Shown: positions 1 to 8,570 of the stretch, piece after piece | Position numbering within the stretch: position 1 is the stretch's first letter | Layout: every line of letters begins with the position of its first letter | Assembly: GCA_035289485.1 (NCBI GenBank) | Contig: DATDXA010000020.1 | Location: 1 to 24,991, forward strand | Length of the DNA: 24,991 nt | Origin: an archaeon | GTDB lineage: Archaea; Iainarchaeota; Iainarchaeia; Iainarchaeales; Iainarchaeaceae | Direction: 5' to 3' | Position numbers and translations under genes: made by a program | Notes under the pieces: generated by a model | What the model saw: only the letters and a program-made list of their open reading frames with translations | Told to the model about the DNA's origin: nothing | Databases searched by the model: none

Positions 1-1016
1 ATTGCAATAATTTTTGGGAAATCCTCAAATTTGCACCCGATATCGCGAAGCCTTGTTGGCGCGCCAACTGAGTTTAGGAACTCGGTGATTTTTTCCCTTC
101 CCTGCTGGATTGTTTTTGCGCCAAGCATTTCACAAATTTCAAGGCACCTCTTTTCGTTCTTCTCCGCATAAAACTTGAGAAACCACGAAAGCGTAATTCC
201 AACCGCAAAGCCATGCACCAAACCGAAATATTTTGTTAGAGGATAGGAAAGAGTGTGGCAGGCGGTGGTTCCGGTGTTGCTAAAAGATTGCGCTGCACGA
301 AGAGAAGCAAGGCTCATGTTCTGCCTCACCTGCTTATCCTTATCCTTTACCGCCTTGAAAAGGGAATGATAGGAAAGCCCTATAGATTCCGCGGCAAACT
401 TTCTTGTTTCATCAGTTGCCGTTTTTGCCCAGTAAGATTCAACAGCTTGGCAGAAAGCATCAACTCCAGTTGCTGCGGTAACATCTGAAGGCATAGAATA
501 GGTGAGCTCCGGGTCAACAATTGCAACTTTTGCGTAAAATTTTTTGCTCTCCATGGTTTTTTTCTCCCCCTTGCGCGTTGTAAGAACTGAGTAGCTTGTG
601 GCCTCGCTGCCTGAACCTGAAGTTGTGGGAATCGCAAAGAAAGGAACCTGTTCTTTAACCGTGATTTTTTTGTAAAAAGTTTCGCAGCTTTTTTTGTAAT
701 TTTTCATGCACGAGACAACTTTTGCGGAGTCAAGAACCGAGCCGCCGCCTATTCCAACAACCGCATCACAGCCGCGCAAATTTAGTATTTTTGCGGCGGC
801 GTCTACGCTTGCAGTGGAAGGGTTTGGCTCAATATCATTGAAAACCTCGAACCCGCCGATTTTCTCCTCAATGTCGCGGTACTTGAATGAATCAAGGAAA
901 TGATGGCCGCACATTATGAGCGGCTTTTTTACACCAGCGGCTTCGAGCTCGGAGAAGAGCTGCTGAAAGGTTTTCTCGCCGAAAATTATTTTTGTTGGCA
1001 AAAAGTATTTTTTCAC
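1..1016 (-). CDS. Iron-containing alcohol dehydrogenase, phosphonoacetaldehyde-reductase-like; 3' end runs off the window
   Basis: Not in the ORF track; translated by hand from GTG at 1016 (GAGGCGG upstream). Sequence includes VKKYFLPTKIIFG...DIEPNPS...DAVVGIGGGSVLDSAK...IPTTSGSGSEAT...IVDPELT...DAFCQAVESYW...TTACHTLSYPLT...HGFAV, which are standard Fe-ADH motifs. Confidence 0.9.
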   Translation of the reverse strand, partial: MKKYFLPTKIIFGEKTFQQLFSELEAAGVKKPLIMCGHHFLDSFKYRDIEEKIGGFEVFNDIEPNPSTASVDAAAKILNLRGCDAVVGIGGGSVLDSAKVVSCMKNYKKSCETFYKKITVKEQVPFFAIPTTSGSGSEATSYSVLTTRKGEKKTMESKKFYAKVAIVDPELTYSMPSDVTAATGVDAFCQAVESYWAKTATDETRKFAAESIGLSYHSLFKAVKDKDKQVRQNMSLASLRAAQSFSNTGTTACHTLSYPLTKYFGLVHGFAVGITLSWFLKFYAEKNEKRCLEICEMLGAKTIQQGREKITEFLNSVGAPTRLRDIGCKFEDFPKIIA

Positions 1017-1026
1017 AAAAGCCGCC

Positions 1027-2052
1027 TCATGACCACGCACCAAGGGTTGATTGCTTTGATTTCTCATTTGTTTTTGCAGAAAGCCTATCAAGCGATTTTT
1101 TCACGCGCTCAGCGGAAAAATCGTGCTTGCCACTGAGAAAATCGAGGATTTTATCATTCTGCGGCTGCGAAAACTGCAGCGAATATTCAGTTGTGTGCTG
1201 CGGGTTCATGAAAAGGGACTCGGTTTGCTGCCAGTCGAATTCCGGAGCGAAGCCGGTTTCTGCTATTATTTTTTCGAATGAATCGTGCTTCTTTACAAGC
1301 TTTAGCGCGGTTTTCACGCCAATATCAGGAAACTTCTCATTAAAATCGGTTCCTATCAGAATCCCGATCCAAATCAGCTTCTCTCGGGTGAGGCCATTTT
1401 CAGAGAGCACCTTTTCAAGAAGGATTTTTTCTGGCGAGACATCGGCATAAATGTTTTTCCCTGGAATCTTGCGCTTTCCTGAAACTCCAATGTTGCGGTA
1501 GAGAACAGGCGTTCCAAAAAGGATGGCATCATAATCCTGGCTCACGCACCCGTCTAGTTTACCAGCTTTTACCATTTCAACAACCTGCGCTTCCCCCTCA
1601 CTTGGAGCCTGCACAACCGGAAAACCCATTAAGGAAACAAGCTGCTTTGCATCAGAAATCATTTTTTCATCAAGCTTTAGGGCGCGAGAGCCGAACTTTT
1701 TCGCATCCTCCAAATTCCCTTCCGCAAGCGCCTTTGCGTGCTTTTCTATTGCATCGGTGCGGATTTCATGGCGCTTTTTCAGGGTCGCGCTTTTCAGAGC
1801 TGATGGCTTGCCATCGAAAACAAAAACCGGGCGCACGCCCTTTTCTACAAGGCTAATGGAGCGGTAAAAAAGCCCGGCGAGATGAGAAGTAACATTCCCG
1901 TGCGAATCCTTTAGAGGGGTTCCATCCTCGCCTCGGATGCTTGAAAGAAATTGGTAAATGATGTTGTATGAATCAAAGCCAAGTGTGCGGCCGTTTAGCG
2001 CATCAAGCGTTATTTGCTGCCGCGGAACTATATCGCCTATAGCTGTACCCAT
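1027..2052 (-). CDS. fen: Flap endonuclease 1
   Basis: Motifs YQFLSSIRGEDG, SHLAGLFYR, FVFDG, APSEGEAQ, SQDYD, GTDFN and a C-terminal PIP box KQSTLGAW. Start placed at ATG 2052 (MGTAIGD). Confidence 0.97.
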   Translation of the reverse strand: MGTAIGDIVPRQQITLDALNGRTLGFDSYNIIYQFLSSIRGEDGTPLKDSHGNVTSHLAGLFYRSISLVEKGVRPVFVFDGKPSALKSATLKKRHEIRTDAIEKHAKALAEGNLEDAKKFGSRALKLDEKMISDAKQLVSLMGFPVVQAPSEGEAQVVEMVKAGKLDGCVSQDYDAILFGTPVLYRNIGVSGKRKIPGKNIYADVSPEKILLEKVLSENGLTREKLIWIGILIGTDFNEKFPDIGVKTALKLVKKHDSFEKIIAETGFAPEFDWQQTESLFMNPQHTTEYSLQFSQPQNDKILDFLSGKHDFSAERVKKSLDRLSAKTNEKSKQSTLGAWS

Positions 2053-2117
2053 TGCCAACCCACCGCAAATATAGGGAAATTCGCCTTTTTAATGGAAACG
2101 GAAATGAGACGGAATGG

Positions 2118-2579
2118 TTAATATTTGCCTTCGAGGATTTTCTTGGTTTCAAGGCGTAGGCGGCCGATTCCGGCAATCCTTGGACGGTTGGTGCCGGCAA
2201 TCATGCCGGTGCTGTCCACGAAAACGTATTTCCAGGGTTTTAGGAATTCTACGAGCGGTTGATTTTTTTGCGCTTCTTCACCAAGTGCTTTGCCCAACAG
2301 TAAAGTTGCCCTATGGATTGAATCGTTTGAAACTCCATTAGCTATGCGATTTAAAAGAACTGCAGAAATTAACGCACCAGGAACTACTAGACGCGGGTGT
2401 GGTTCACCAGTAAGCATATAGACGCCTCCAGTTGAAATACTCAGGCCTAAAGAAGCACTAGTAATTACGGCTAAATTTCGCCGATAGCGATTAGTCACAA
2501 CATCATTTGTTGCAGCTAAAACACCATTTGAAACAAGCGGATTCAAAAGCCTCGGTTTTTTCCCTGCCGGTTTTGCCAT
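2118..2579 (-). CDS. Hypothetical basic protein with two hydrophobic segments (ORFan-like)
   Basis: 153-aa ATG ORF that fills the intergenic space; no family recognised. Confidence 0.6.
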   Translation of the reverse strand: MAKPAGKKPRLLNPLVSNGVLAATNDVVTNRYRRNLAVITSASLGLSISTGGVYMLTGEPHPRLVVPGALISAVLLNRIANGVSNDSIHRATLLLGKALGEEAQKNQPLVEFLKPWKYVFVDSTGMIAGTNRPRIAGIGRLRLETKKILEGKY

Positions 2580-2739
2580 GTGAAATTAACTGATTTGACC
2601 AATAAAATACTTGCTTATGGCAGGAAATGTGAGAAATTCCAAGTAGTGTCGCTTGTATGAACCAGCCATACTAAGACACATGTCTCAATTCTTTTCTCAA
2701 TGTTTTTAACCAGTTTCACACCTATTCAGAAAGGTCACA

Positions 2740-3546
2740 ATGGTCGAAATACAGCCACGCGCAAATGCATTTGCACTGATTTTTAGTGAAGCCGAGTGCC
2801 TCAGGCTCGGGCTTGATAAGGGAAAGGAGTACGAACTTACAAAGGCCGGAAATGGAATATGGGTGCTTGTGGAAGGGAACATTGCCGCAGCTAAAAATCA
2901 GGCAAGCATGCAGCAGCAGGTTGCAAAGCAGCAAACTCCCGCACAGCCCCCGATGGCAATTGATGAAATGGAGCATAAAATAATCGGGCTTCTTAGAAAA
3001 ACTACTGCGCGCGATCGGATTGAGGGATGGTTTGAAAAAAAACTGACTGAAGAGGAAAAGAAAAAATTTGGTGAAATGCTCACGCAAGGAAAGGTTGTGC
3101 GCTACAAATCAAGCGAAGCTTACAGGAAATCTCTTTACACTCTCCCTGCAAAAAGCGCTGTGCAGGAAAAAGTTGAGAAAAAGTTTGAGAATAAGGAAAA
3201 GCCAATTGAGGAGTTTTCACTTGAGCAGGACGGGTTTCTCGTGGTGAAAAACGAGATGCGCGCAAAGGCCCTTAGCAATGAACTTGCAGAAAGGATAAAG
3301 AGCGGCGAAATAAGGGGAATCCGCTCGTTCTCAGGAGAATTTTTCATAATCAGCAGCGACCTTCTGATAAGCTCGCAGGAAAAGGCGCTTGCTGCGCTGC
3401 GCGCAATGAAATCTGGCGGAGAACTTTCCGCGCTTTGCGAAAAAACCGGCTTCACGCCAACACTTGTCCGGATTGCAATGGAATTTCTCAAAGAAGAGGG
3501 ACAGATAATTGAAAAAAGGAAAGGAATCTACCAATATATAGAGTGA
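2740..3546 (+). CDS. Hypothetical protein, probable C-terminal winged HTH and possible AbrB-like N-terminus
   Basis: 268-aa ORF with AAGGT upstream. C-terminus LSALCEKTGFTPTLVRIAMEFLKEEGQIIEKRKGIYQY has a wHTH pattern. Confidence 0.7.
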   Translation: MVEIQPRANAFALIFSEAECLRLGLDKGKEYELTKAGNGIWVLVEGNIAAAKNQASMQQQVAKQQTPAQPPMAIDEMEHKIIGLLRKTTARDRIEGWFEKKLTEEEKKKFGEMLTQGKVVRYKSSEAYRKSLYTLPAKSAVQEKVEKKFENKEKPIEEFSLEQDGFLVVKNEMRAKALSNELAERIKSGEIRGIRSFSGEFFIISSDLLISSQEKALAALRAMKSGGELSALCEKTGFTPTLVRIAMEFLKEEGQIIEKRKGIYQYIE

Positions 3547-3550
3547 AAAT

Positions 3551-3919
3551 ATGAAAATAATGATACCGATACTTTCAGAATCCGAGAACGATGACGCGTT
3601 CCTTGAAAAGGCACTCTCGGGGGCGCAGGAAGTGATATTGCTCCTTGTGGTGGATGCAAACCCCAAAGAAAAGTTCGGGTTCACGACCTCATTTATCTCC
3701 AAGGCGCGCGCTGTAATGGAGGAGATGAAAAAAGCGGTTGGAAAAAAGCGCAAGACCGCCGAGGATGTTATTGAATGGGGCGATACGCAGAGCAAAATAC
3801 TCAACATGGCACTTTTGCGAAAAGTTGACAAGGTATTTTTGAAAAAGCAGGACAACCAATACTTCAAAAACCTCCTGAAGAAGCTTGAGGACGAAAAAAT
3901 CAATGTAGAGGCGATTTGA
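3551..3919 (+). CDS. Universal stress protein (UspA-like)
   Basis: MKIMIPI N-terminal strand, LLLVVD, WGDTQSKILNMA..KVD pattern; 122 aa. Confidence 0.65.
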   Translation: MKIMIPILSESENDDAFLEKALSGAQEVILLLVVDANPKEKFGFTTSFISKARAVMEEMKKAVGKKRKTAEDVIEWGDTQSKILNMALLRKVDKVFLKKQDNQYFKNLLKKLEDEKINVEAI

Positions 3920-4258
3920 ATGGAAGAGGCGCCTGCAAAGATAACCTACGAACAGTTCTCCAAATTAGAAATAAGGATTGCAAAAATACTTCACGCCGAG
4001 AAAGTTGAAGGCTCTGATAAGCTCCTGCGCCTTGAAATTGATTTGGGAACTGAAAAAAGGCAGCTTGTTGCTGGGCTCGCCCAGCAATACACGCCCGAAG
4101 AAATAATAGGAAAGCAAATACCAGTGATTGCAAACCTTGAGATGCGCAAAATCCGCGGAATTGAAAGCAACGGGATGATACTTGCGGCGGATGATAATGG
4201 AAAACCCGTGATTTTGCAGCCGCAAAGGGAAGTTCCAAACGGAGCAAAAGTTTTTTGA
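3920..4258 (+). CDS. Stand-alone tRNA-binding OB-fold protein (Trbp111/CsaA/MetRS C-terminal-like)
   Basis: ITYEQFSKLEIRIAKI..AEKVEGSDKLLRL..DLG..RQLVAG..NL..RKIRGIESNGMILAA. Confidence 0.93.
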   Translation: MEEAPAKITYEQFSKLEIRIAKILHAEKVEGSDKLLRLEIDLGTEKRQLVAGLAQQYTPEEIIGKQIPVIANLEMRKIRGIESNGMILAADDNGKPVILQPQREVPNGAKVF

Positions 4259-4293
4259 ATACGAAAAATTATAACTAAAAAAGGATTGAAAAA

Positions 4294-4680
4294 ATGGCAA
4301 ACTTATTTTCCCGCGAAACGCTTTTCCTGCTTGTGGTTTTCATAGTTGGAGAAGTCATGGGCAATCTGCTTGGGTTTCACCAAAGCCTTGCAGAATACGA
4401 CACATTTATGCACTTTGTTGGTGGGGCGCTTGTGGCTTCACTGCTCGCTACTTATTTAATGGAAAAGCTGAAAGGATTCTCTTACACAGTAAATGTTTTC
4501 TTCACGCTCGGGATTGGCGGCATTTGGGAAGTTTTCGAATTCCTCGGAGACAAATTCCTCGGATTTACTTTGCAGCCAAGCGCGGAAGATACGATGATTG
4601 ACCTGATTGTTGTGTTCTCTGCGGCGGTTGTGATAAATGTCATTTATTGGATTAAGTACCGCGACAAACCGATAAGCTGA
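4294..4680 (+). CDS. Membrane protein (DUF2238/VanZ-like)
   Basis: About four TM helices with YDTFMHFVGG, WEVFEF and DTMIDL motifs. Confidence 0.75.
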   Translation: MANLFSRETLFLLVVFIVGEVMGNLLGFHQSLAEYDTFMHFVGGALVASLLATYLMEKLKGFSYTVNVFFTLGIGGIWEVFEFLGDKFLGFTLQPSAEDTMIDLIVVFSAAVVINVIYWIKYRDKPIS

Positions 4681-4687
4681 GTTAACT

Positions 4688-5122
4688 CTATCTGCGCAGT
4701 TTACTAAGTTTTATAGTAAAATCTATTTGTTTTCTATCCGGCCCTTTTTTTCTATCTGTTAAGCTTTTGTTTAATCGTACAATTCGTCTCCCAAATGTAT
4801 CTTCCGGCAACGGAGTTTTATAATTCTGGATAGAATGTTCAACCAAATGAATCAGATGCCTCACAGGCAACCCATGGTTTAGAAGCTGAGCAGCCCATCT
4901 TCGCGTCATAGCCCGCTTTAATCTTTTGTGAGCATCTTGTCTTTGTTCTAAAAGAGAAAGTTTTTCATATTCTGGAGAATTTAAAGCGGCTTTCCATTTA
5001 GAGCTTTCTGATTCTACATTTGCACTCTCAAGTTTCAAATTTGGAAGATTTGCTTTCCCGGAACTAATTCGATTCAATTCAGCCAATATTTCAGTTAATA
5101 TTTCTTTAGTAGGGATACTCAT
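4688..5122 (-). CDS. Hypothetical basic protein (ORFan-like)
   Basis: 144-aa AT-rich ORF starting 8 nt after the trpS stop, with GGAG upstream. Confidence 0.6.
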   Translation of the reverse strand: MSIPTKEILTEILAELNRISSGKANLPNLKLESANVESESSKWKAALNSPEYEKLSLLEQRQDAHKRLKRAMTRRWAAQLLNHGLPVRHLIHLVEHSIQNYKTPLPEDTFGRRIVRLNKSLTDRKKGPDRKQIDFTIKLSKLRR

Positions 5123-5130
5123 GTTTACTC

Positions 5131-6216
5131 CTACCCGTAAACAACCTTCTCCGCGCGCTTCAAATTCTCCTTCACGCTTTGCTGGTGCTCTTTTAGCAGC
5201 GGCACTAGAAAATCGATTGCAAACTTTTTCAGTTCGGATGCCAGCATCTTTCCGGAAGAGAACTCTTCGCTAACTTTTTCAAGTTCTTTTGTATTAGGAT
5301 AGTGGAACTTGAGCATTTCAAAAACCAAATCTATTTCCAAATTACCGCCCCTTGCGCGGTGCTCTTCAACAGTTGGCTGGCCGCCTGAGAAAGCGCGGTT
5401 GATTTTCTTTTCGGCATCCTTCAGAGGGTCGCTTAGAAATATCGCGGTTTCGGGGTGAGATGCGCTCATCTTTGAGCCCGGCTGCAAACCGCTCTGGTGG
5501 CGGAAATAAATGAACGAAGGAACCTCCATTTTGTAAGGCAGGCGCTTTGCAATATCGCGCGTGAGGCGTGCGTGCGGATCCTGATCTAAACCTATTCCAG
5601 TAATGGATGGCATCGGGCCTTCGAATTCTTGGAGCTGTGGGTGCAAAATATCCCCATATTGCAAAAAATTTGCGGCAACCTTTCCCAAATCAACGTGGCC
5701 ATACACGGCTTCGAAAGTGTTCTTGGTAATTTTCTTGCTCAGTTCGAATGAAAATTCGTAGTAACGCGTTTCCTTGCGCGACTGGACATAAATGTCATCT
5801 TCCTCAAGGCCAAGCGCGAGCAAATCCGCAACATTTGCAACGGCCCACTTCTTTGCGGTGGCAAGGTTTGGGATTTTTTCATCTGGCCGGCTCAAAAATG
5901 CGTCAAGGTCCGAAACCGCGAAATAATTGCGCGCACCTTTTGATTTGAAAAATTTGAATAGGTCAATGTCGACCTTGTGCCCCAAATGGTATGGGCCTGA
6001 AGCTGCGATGCCGGTAATATTTACAAACGGCTTTTTTGATTCAATCCTTTTTGCGACCTTGTCAAAATCACGGTGCGCGATTACCACTCCACGCTCGAAT
6101 AGGAAATGCCCTAATTTGCTGCCGCTCTCCTTTGGAAATGGCTGCAGGCCAAATTCCTTGAAAACGTGCTCATAGTCCTTTACCGCAAAAGAACCCCATG
6201 GGTCGATTTTATCCAT
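5131..6216 (-). CDS. trpS: Tryptophan--tRNA ligase (archaeal type)
   Basis: IDPWG N-terminus, HLGH (HIGH motif), GLDQDPH, KMSAS (KMSKS motif), AFSGGQPTVEEHR..GG. Start moved to ATG 6216. Confidence 0.96.
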   Translation of the reverse strand: MDKIDPWGSFAVKDYEHVFKEFGLQPFPKESGSKLGHFLFERGVVIAHRDFDKVAKRIESKKPFVNITGIAASGPYHLGHKVDIDLFKFFKSKGARNYFAVSDLDAFLSRPDEKIPNLATAKKWAVANVADLLALGLEEDDIYVQSRKETRYYEFSFELSKKITKNTFEAVYGHVDLGKVAANFLQYGDILHPQLQEFEGPMPSITGIGLDQDPHARLTRDIAKRLPYKMEVPSFIYFRHQSGLQPGSKMSASHPETAIFLSDPLKDAEKKINRAFSGGQPTVEEHRARGGNLEIDLVFEMLKFHYPNTKELEKVSEEFSSGKMLASELKKFAIDFLVPLLKEHQQSVKENLKRAEKVVYG

Positions 6217-6282
6217 TTTGTACACCAGCGTAAATAGGCTGAAATGGATGATTTTATAACCTTTCAAGCATATAAAACTAAC

Positions 6283-6795
6283 ATGTCAATTCTAGTCGAT
6301 GACAAGGTTTTCCTAAAGGACAAGAGGCTAGGAGATACCCTGCGCCAGCGCGGCTTTGGGGAACAGAAAGGCAACGAACTCGTGCTTGATTTGTTCGAGG
6401 CGCTCTACCTCTTTGAAAAGGAGAAAACCCACATAGAGGATGCCAAAACCTCAAAAGCGGTAACCGAAGAGGAACTAGTCAAGTACTCTGCGAAAAAAAT
6501 CAAAAACTTCTATTCCAAATACCAAGTGTTCAAGGATTTGCGCGACCGCGGGTTTGTTGTAAAAACTGGCTTCAAATTCGGGTTTGATTTTCGCGTGTAC
6601 CCTCGCGGGAAAAAGCCCGGCGAAGCGCACTCGCAGTGGTGCATAAACGTAACTTCACAGGATGATAAGTACAATTTTATTGAAATGTCACGCATGGTGC
6701 GGCTTGCTGGGAATTTGAAGACCAAGCTTCTGAATGCAGTAGTGGATTCTGAAAACGAAATCAATTACTACGAAGTTGTAAGGGTTACGCCCTGA
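6283..6795 (+). CDS. endA: tRNA-intron (splicing) endonuclease
   Basis: EALYL, YQVFKDLRDRG.VVKTGFKFG.DFRVY, AHS and a downstream Lys give the Y-H-K triad. At 170 aa it fits the single-unit homotetramer size. Start placed at ATG 6283. Confidence 0.95.
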   Translation: MSILVDDKVFLKDKRLGDTLRQRGFGEQKGNELVLDLFEALYLFEKEKTHIEDAKTSKAVTEEELVKYSAKKIKNFYSKYQVFKDLRDRGFVVKTGFKFGFDFRVYPRGKKPGEAHSQWCINVTSQDDKYNFIEMSRMVRLAGNLKTKLLNAVVDSENEINYYEVVRVTP

Positions 6796-6823
6796 ACGCA
6801 AATGCGCTAAAAAGGTCATTTCC

Positions 6824-7519
6824 TTGAAAGATGCCAAGCTTCAATCAATCCTCAAAGGCTGCCGCCTAAATGACCGCATATTCTCATCTCTTCTAAAAAA
6901 ACTGCGGCGCGGCGAATTTGAAACGGAGCGTGATATCTCTCGCTTCATCAAAAAGGAAATTTTCAAAGCGCGCGGAGCCCTTGCGTTCCCGCCCATTGTT
7001 GCAATTGGGAAGAACGCGGTAGATTGGCACCACAAGCCCACTAATTCCAAATTGCGAAACGGGGGTTTTTGCGTAATTGATTTCGGCTCACGGTTCAAAA
7101 GATACTGCTCAGACATGACCCGCACAGTTTATTTTGGGAAAGCAAACTCCGCGGAGAAGAAGATTTATGCAAAAGTGCGCAGGGCAAATGAAATATGCAT
7201 CACCAAAGTGCGCGCGGGAAAGGACGGGCATGAAATCTACATGCTTGCACGAAAAATCCTCGGGAGCCACGCAAAATATTTCGGGCACGGGCTTGGTCAC
7301 GGCCTGAAGAAAATAATCCACGCAAAGCCGCGCCTTAGCAAGAAGCCAAACCAGATTCTGCGCGAAGGAGACATTATAACAATCGAACCGGGAGTTTACA
7401 TCCCGAAAAAACTTGGAATAAGGATTGAGGATGATGTGCTTGTGGCAAAGAAAGGATACAGGCTGCTTTCGCGGAGCACGAAAAAGGTGGTTGAGATAAA
7501 TGCTAAACAAATTTTCTGA
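6824..7519 (+). CDS. M24 family metallopeptidase (Xaa-Pro peptidase-like), catalytic domain only
   Basis: IDFG..YCSDMTRT, HGLGHG, TIEPGVY and GIRIEDDVLV metal-ligand motifs; TTG start. Confidence 0.92.
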   Translation: MKDAKLQSILKGCRLNDRIFSSLLKKLRRGEFETERDISRFIKKEIFKARGALAFPPIVAIGKNAVDWHHKPTNSKLRNGGFCVIDFGSRFKRYCSDMTRTVYFGKANSAEKKIYAKVRRANEICITKVRAGKDGHEIYMLARKILGSHAKYFGHGLGHGLKKIIHAKPRLSKKPNQILREGDIITIEPGVYIPKKLGIRIEDDVLVAKKGYRLLSRSTKKVVEINAKQIF

Positions 7520-8132
7520 AATGCAAACGCTTATTCCGCTGTACTCTTTTATGAAAACTGGCGAAATAATTTACAAATTGCCTCTTTTCTTTTAGATATT
7601 TCTTCAAACGCGAATATTCAGACTCCAGAGTAGGAAATTCCTGAAGATTTGCATTGCGATGCATCAGTTGAAAATCATGCACACTGGTTGTTGCGCCATA
7701 ATTTATTCTTGCACCTGGATATTTTTCCTTCAAGTATTTGAACAACCTTGCTTCAATTATTGCAGCAATACCCTTACCGCGAAGCCCAATTACGCTTTTT
7801 TGAAAAACTTCATCACCTTTTAAGTCACCCAGTGGAAAAAATTTAAGATAAGAAAAAAGTAACATTGGTTTAGCCAGGGCATGATGTTTCAGCAAAGTTC
7901 CTGAGCCAATATTTACAAATCCTTCTTTTTTTATTTTATTAACTATTGGTAAAGCGCCCGAACTTTCCATAAAACTCCTAAATTCCAGAGAGGTTACCGG
8001 AAATCCGGCATTAGCCTTTCCAAAAGAAGTTATATTAACTTTAAAAGTCAGAGATGTCGACTTTGAATCCGAAATGACAAGATTGATAATATAAGGCGGG
8101 TTAACATGAGACATATAGTGAGTAAGGCGCAC
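7503..8132 (-). CDS. Hypothetical basic protein, possible divergent GNAT fold
   Basis: 209-aa AT-rich ORF; LRGKGIA resembles the GNAT acetyl-CoA-binding motif. Confidence 0.55.
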   Translation of the reverse strand: MRLTHYMSHVNPPYIINLVISDSKSTSLTFKVNITSFGKANAGFPVTSLEFRSFMESSGALPIVNKIKKEGFVNIGSGTLLKHHALAKPMLLFSYLKFFPLGDLKGDEVFQKSVIGLRGKGIAAIIEARLFKYLKEKYPGARINYGATTSVHDFQLMHRNANLQEFPTLESEYSRLKKYLKEKRQFVNYFASFHKRVQRNKRLHFRKFV

Positions 8133-8168
8133 CCAGATAAATAAATGTAATCATTACATAAATATTGG

Positions 8169-8214
8169 AAAAAATAGTTCATGATTTGAAGGAACACTTT
8201 TTCCTTCAAACCAC
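8169..8214 (-). terminator. Hairpin plus T-tract downstream of the histone gene
   Basis: Perfect 10-bp IR TTTGAAGGAA (8185-8194) / TTCCTTCAAA (8201-8210), extending to 14 bp with G-U pairs on the minus strand, followed by TATTTTTT. Confidence 0.55.
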
Positions 8215-8230
8215 AAATGAAAATTGAAAC

Positions 8231-8407
8231 TTAGAAATCAACGCCTCTTACTGTCTTTCTGCCGTTTGCCTTCGCCCTTGCGGCGGCCTTCTTGATGTTC
8301 CATGCGACAACTTCGCTCAAAGCGTCAACTGCGTCTCCGGCAGTATTGCAGCCTTCCTTCTTTATTGCTTCCTTAACTTTTGAACCAACTACCAATGTTT
8401 CTGCCAT
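8231..8407 (-). CDS. Short histone-fold protein (alpha3-truncated, DUF1931/Bd0055-like)
   Basis: 58 aa, below the ORF-track cutoff: MAETLVVGSKVKEAIKKEGCNTAGDAVDALSEVVAWNIKKAAARAKANGRKTVRGVDF. Has the RKTVxxxD histone L2 motif and a GGAGGT RBS. Confidence 0.9.
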   Translation of the reverse strand: MAETLVVGSKVKEAIKKEGCNTAGDAVDALSEVVAWNIKKAAARAKANGRKTVRGVDF

Positions 8408-8570
8408 TTTGAAACCTCCATATTGTTTCCATTAGGAAAACTGATTAAATCACGGAAAAAAGGTTTAAAAACTAATGTGCGCAAAAACGCGTTTTACAGC
8501 CGATTTGGGGCATTCCTTGGCACCCTGAATAAATATCTGCCTGTGTGTTAAGTTTGGCAAAATAAGAAAA

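Noticed and set aside
255..1856. Plus-strand and alternative-frame ORFs over the Fe-ADH and fen genes (and similar shadow ORFs elsewhere)
   Set aside because: They are antisense or out-of-frame shadows of well-supported genes and carry no motifs.
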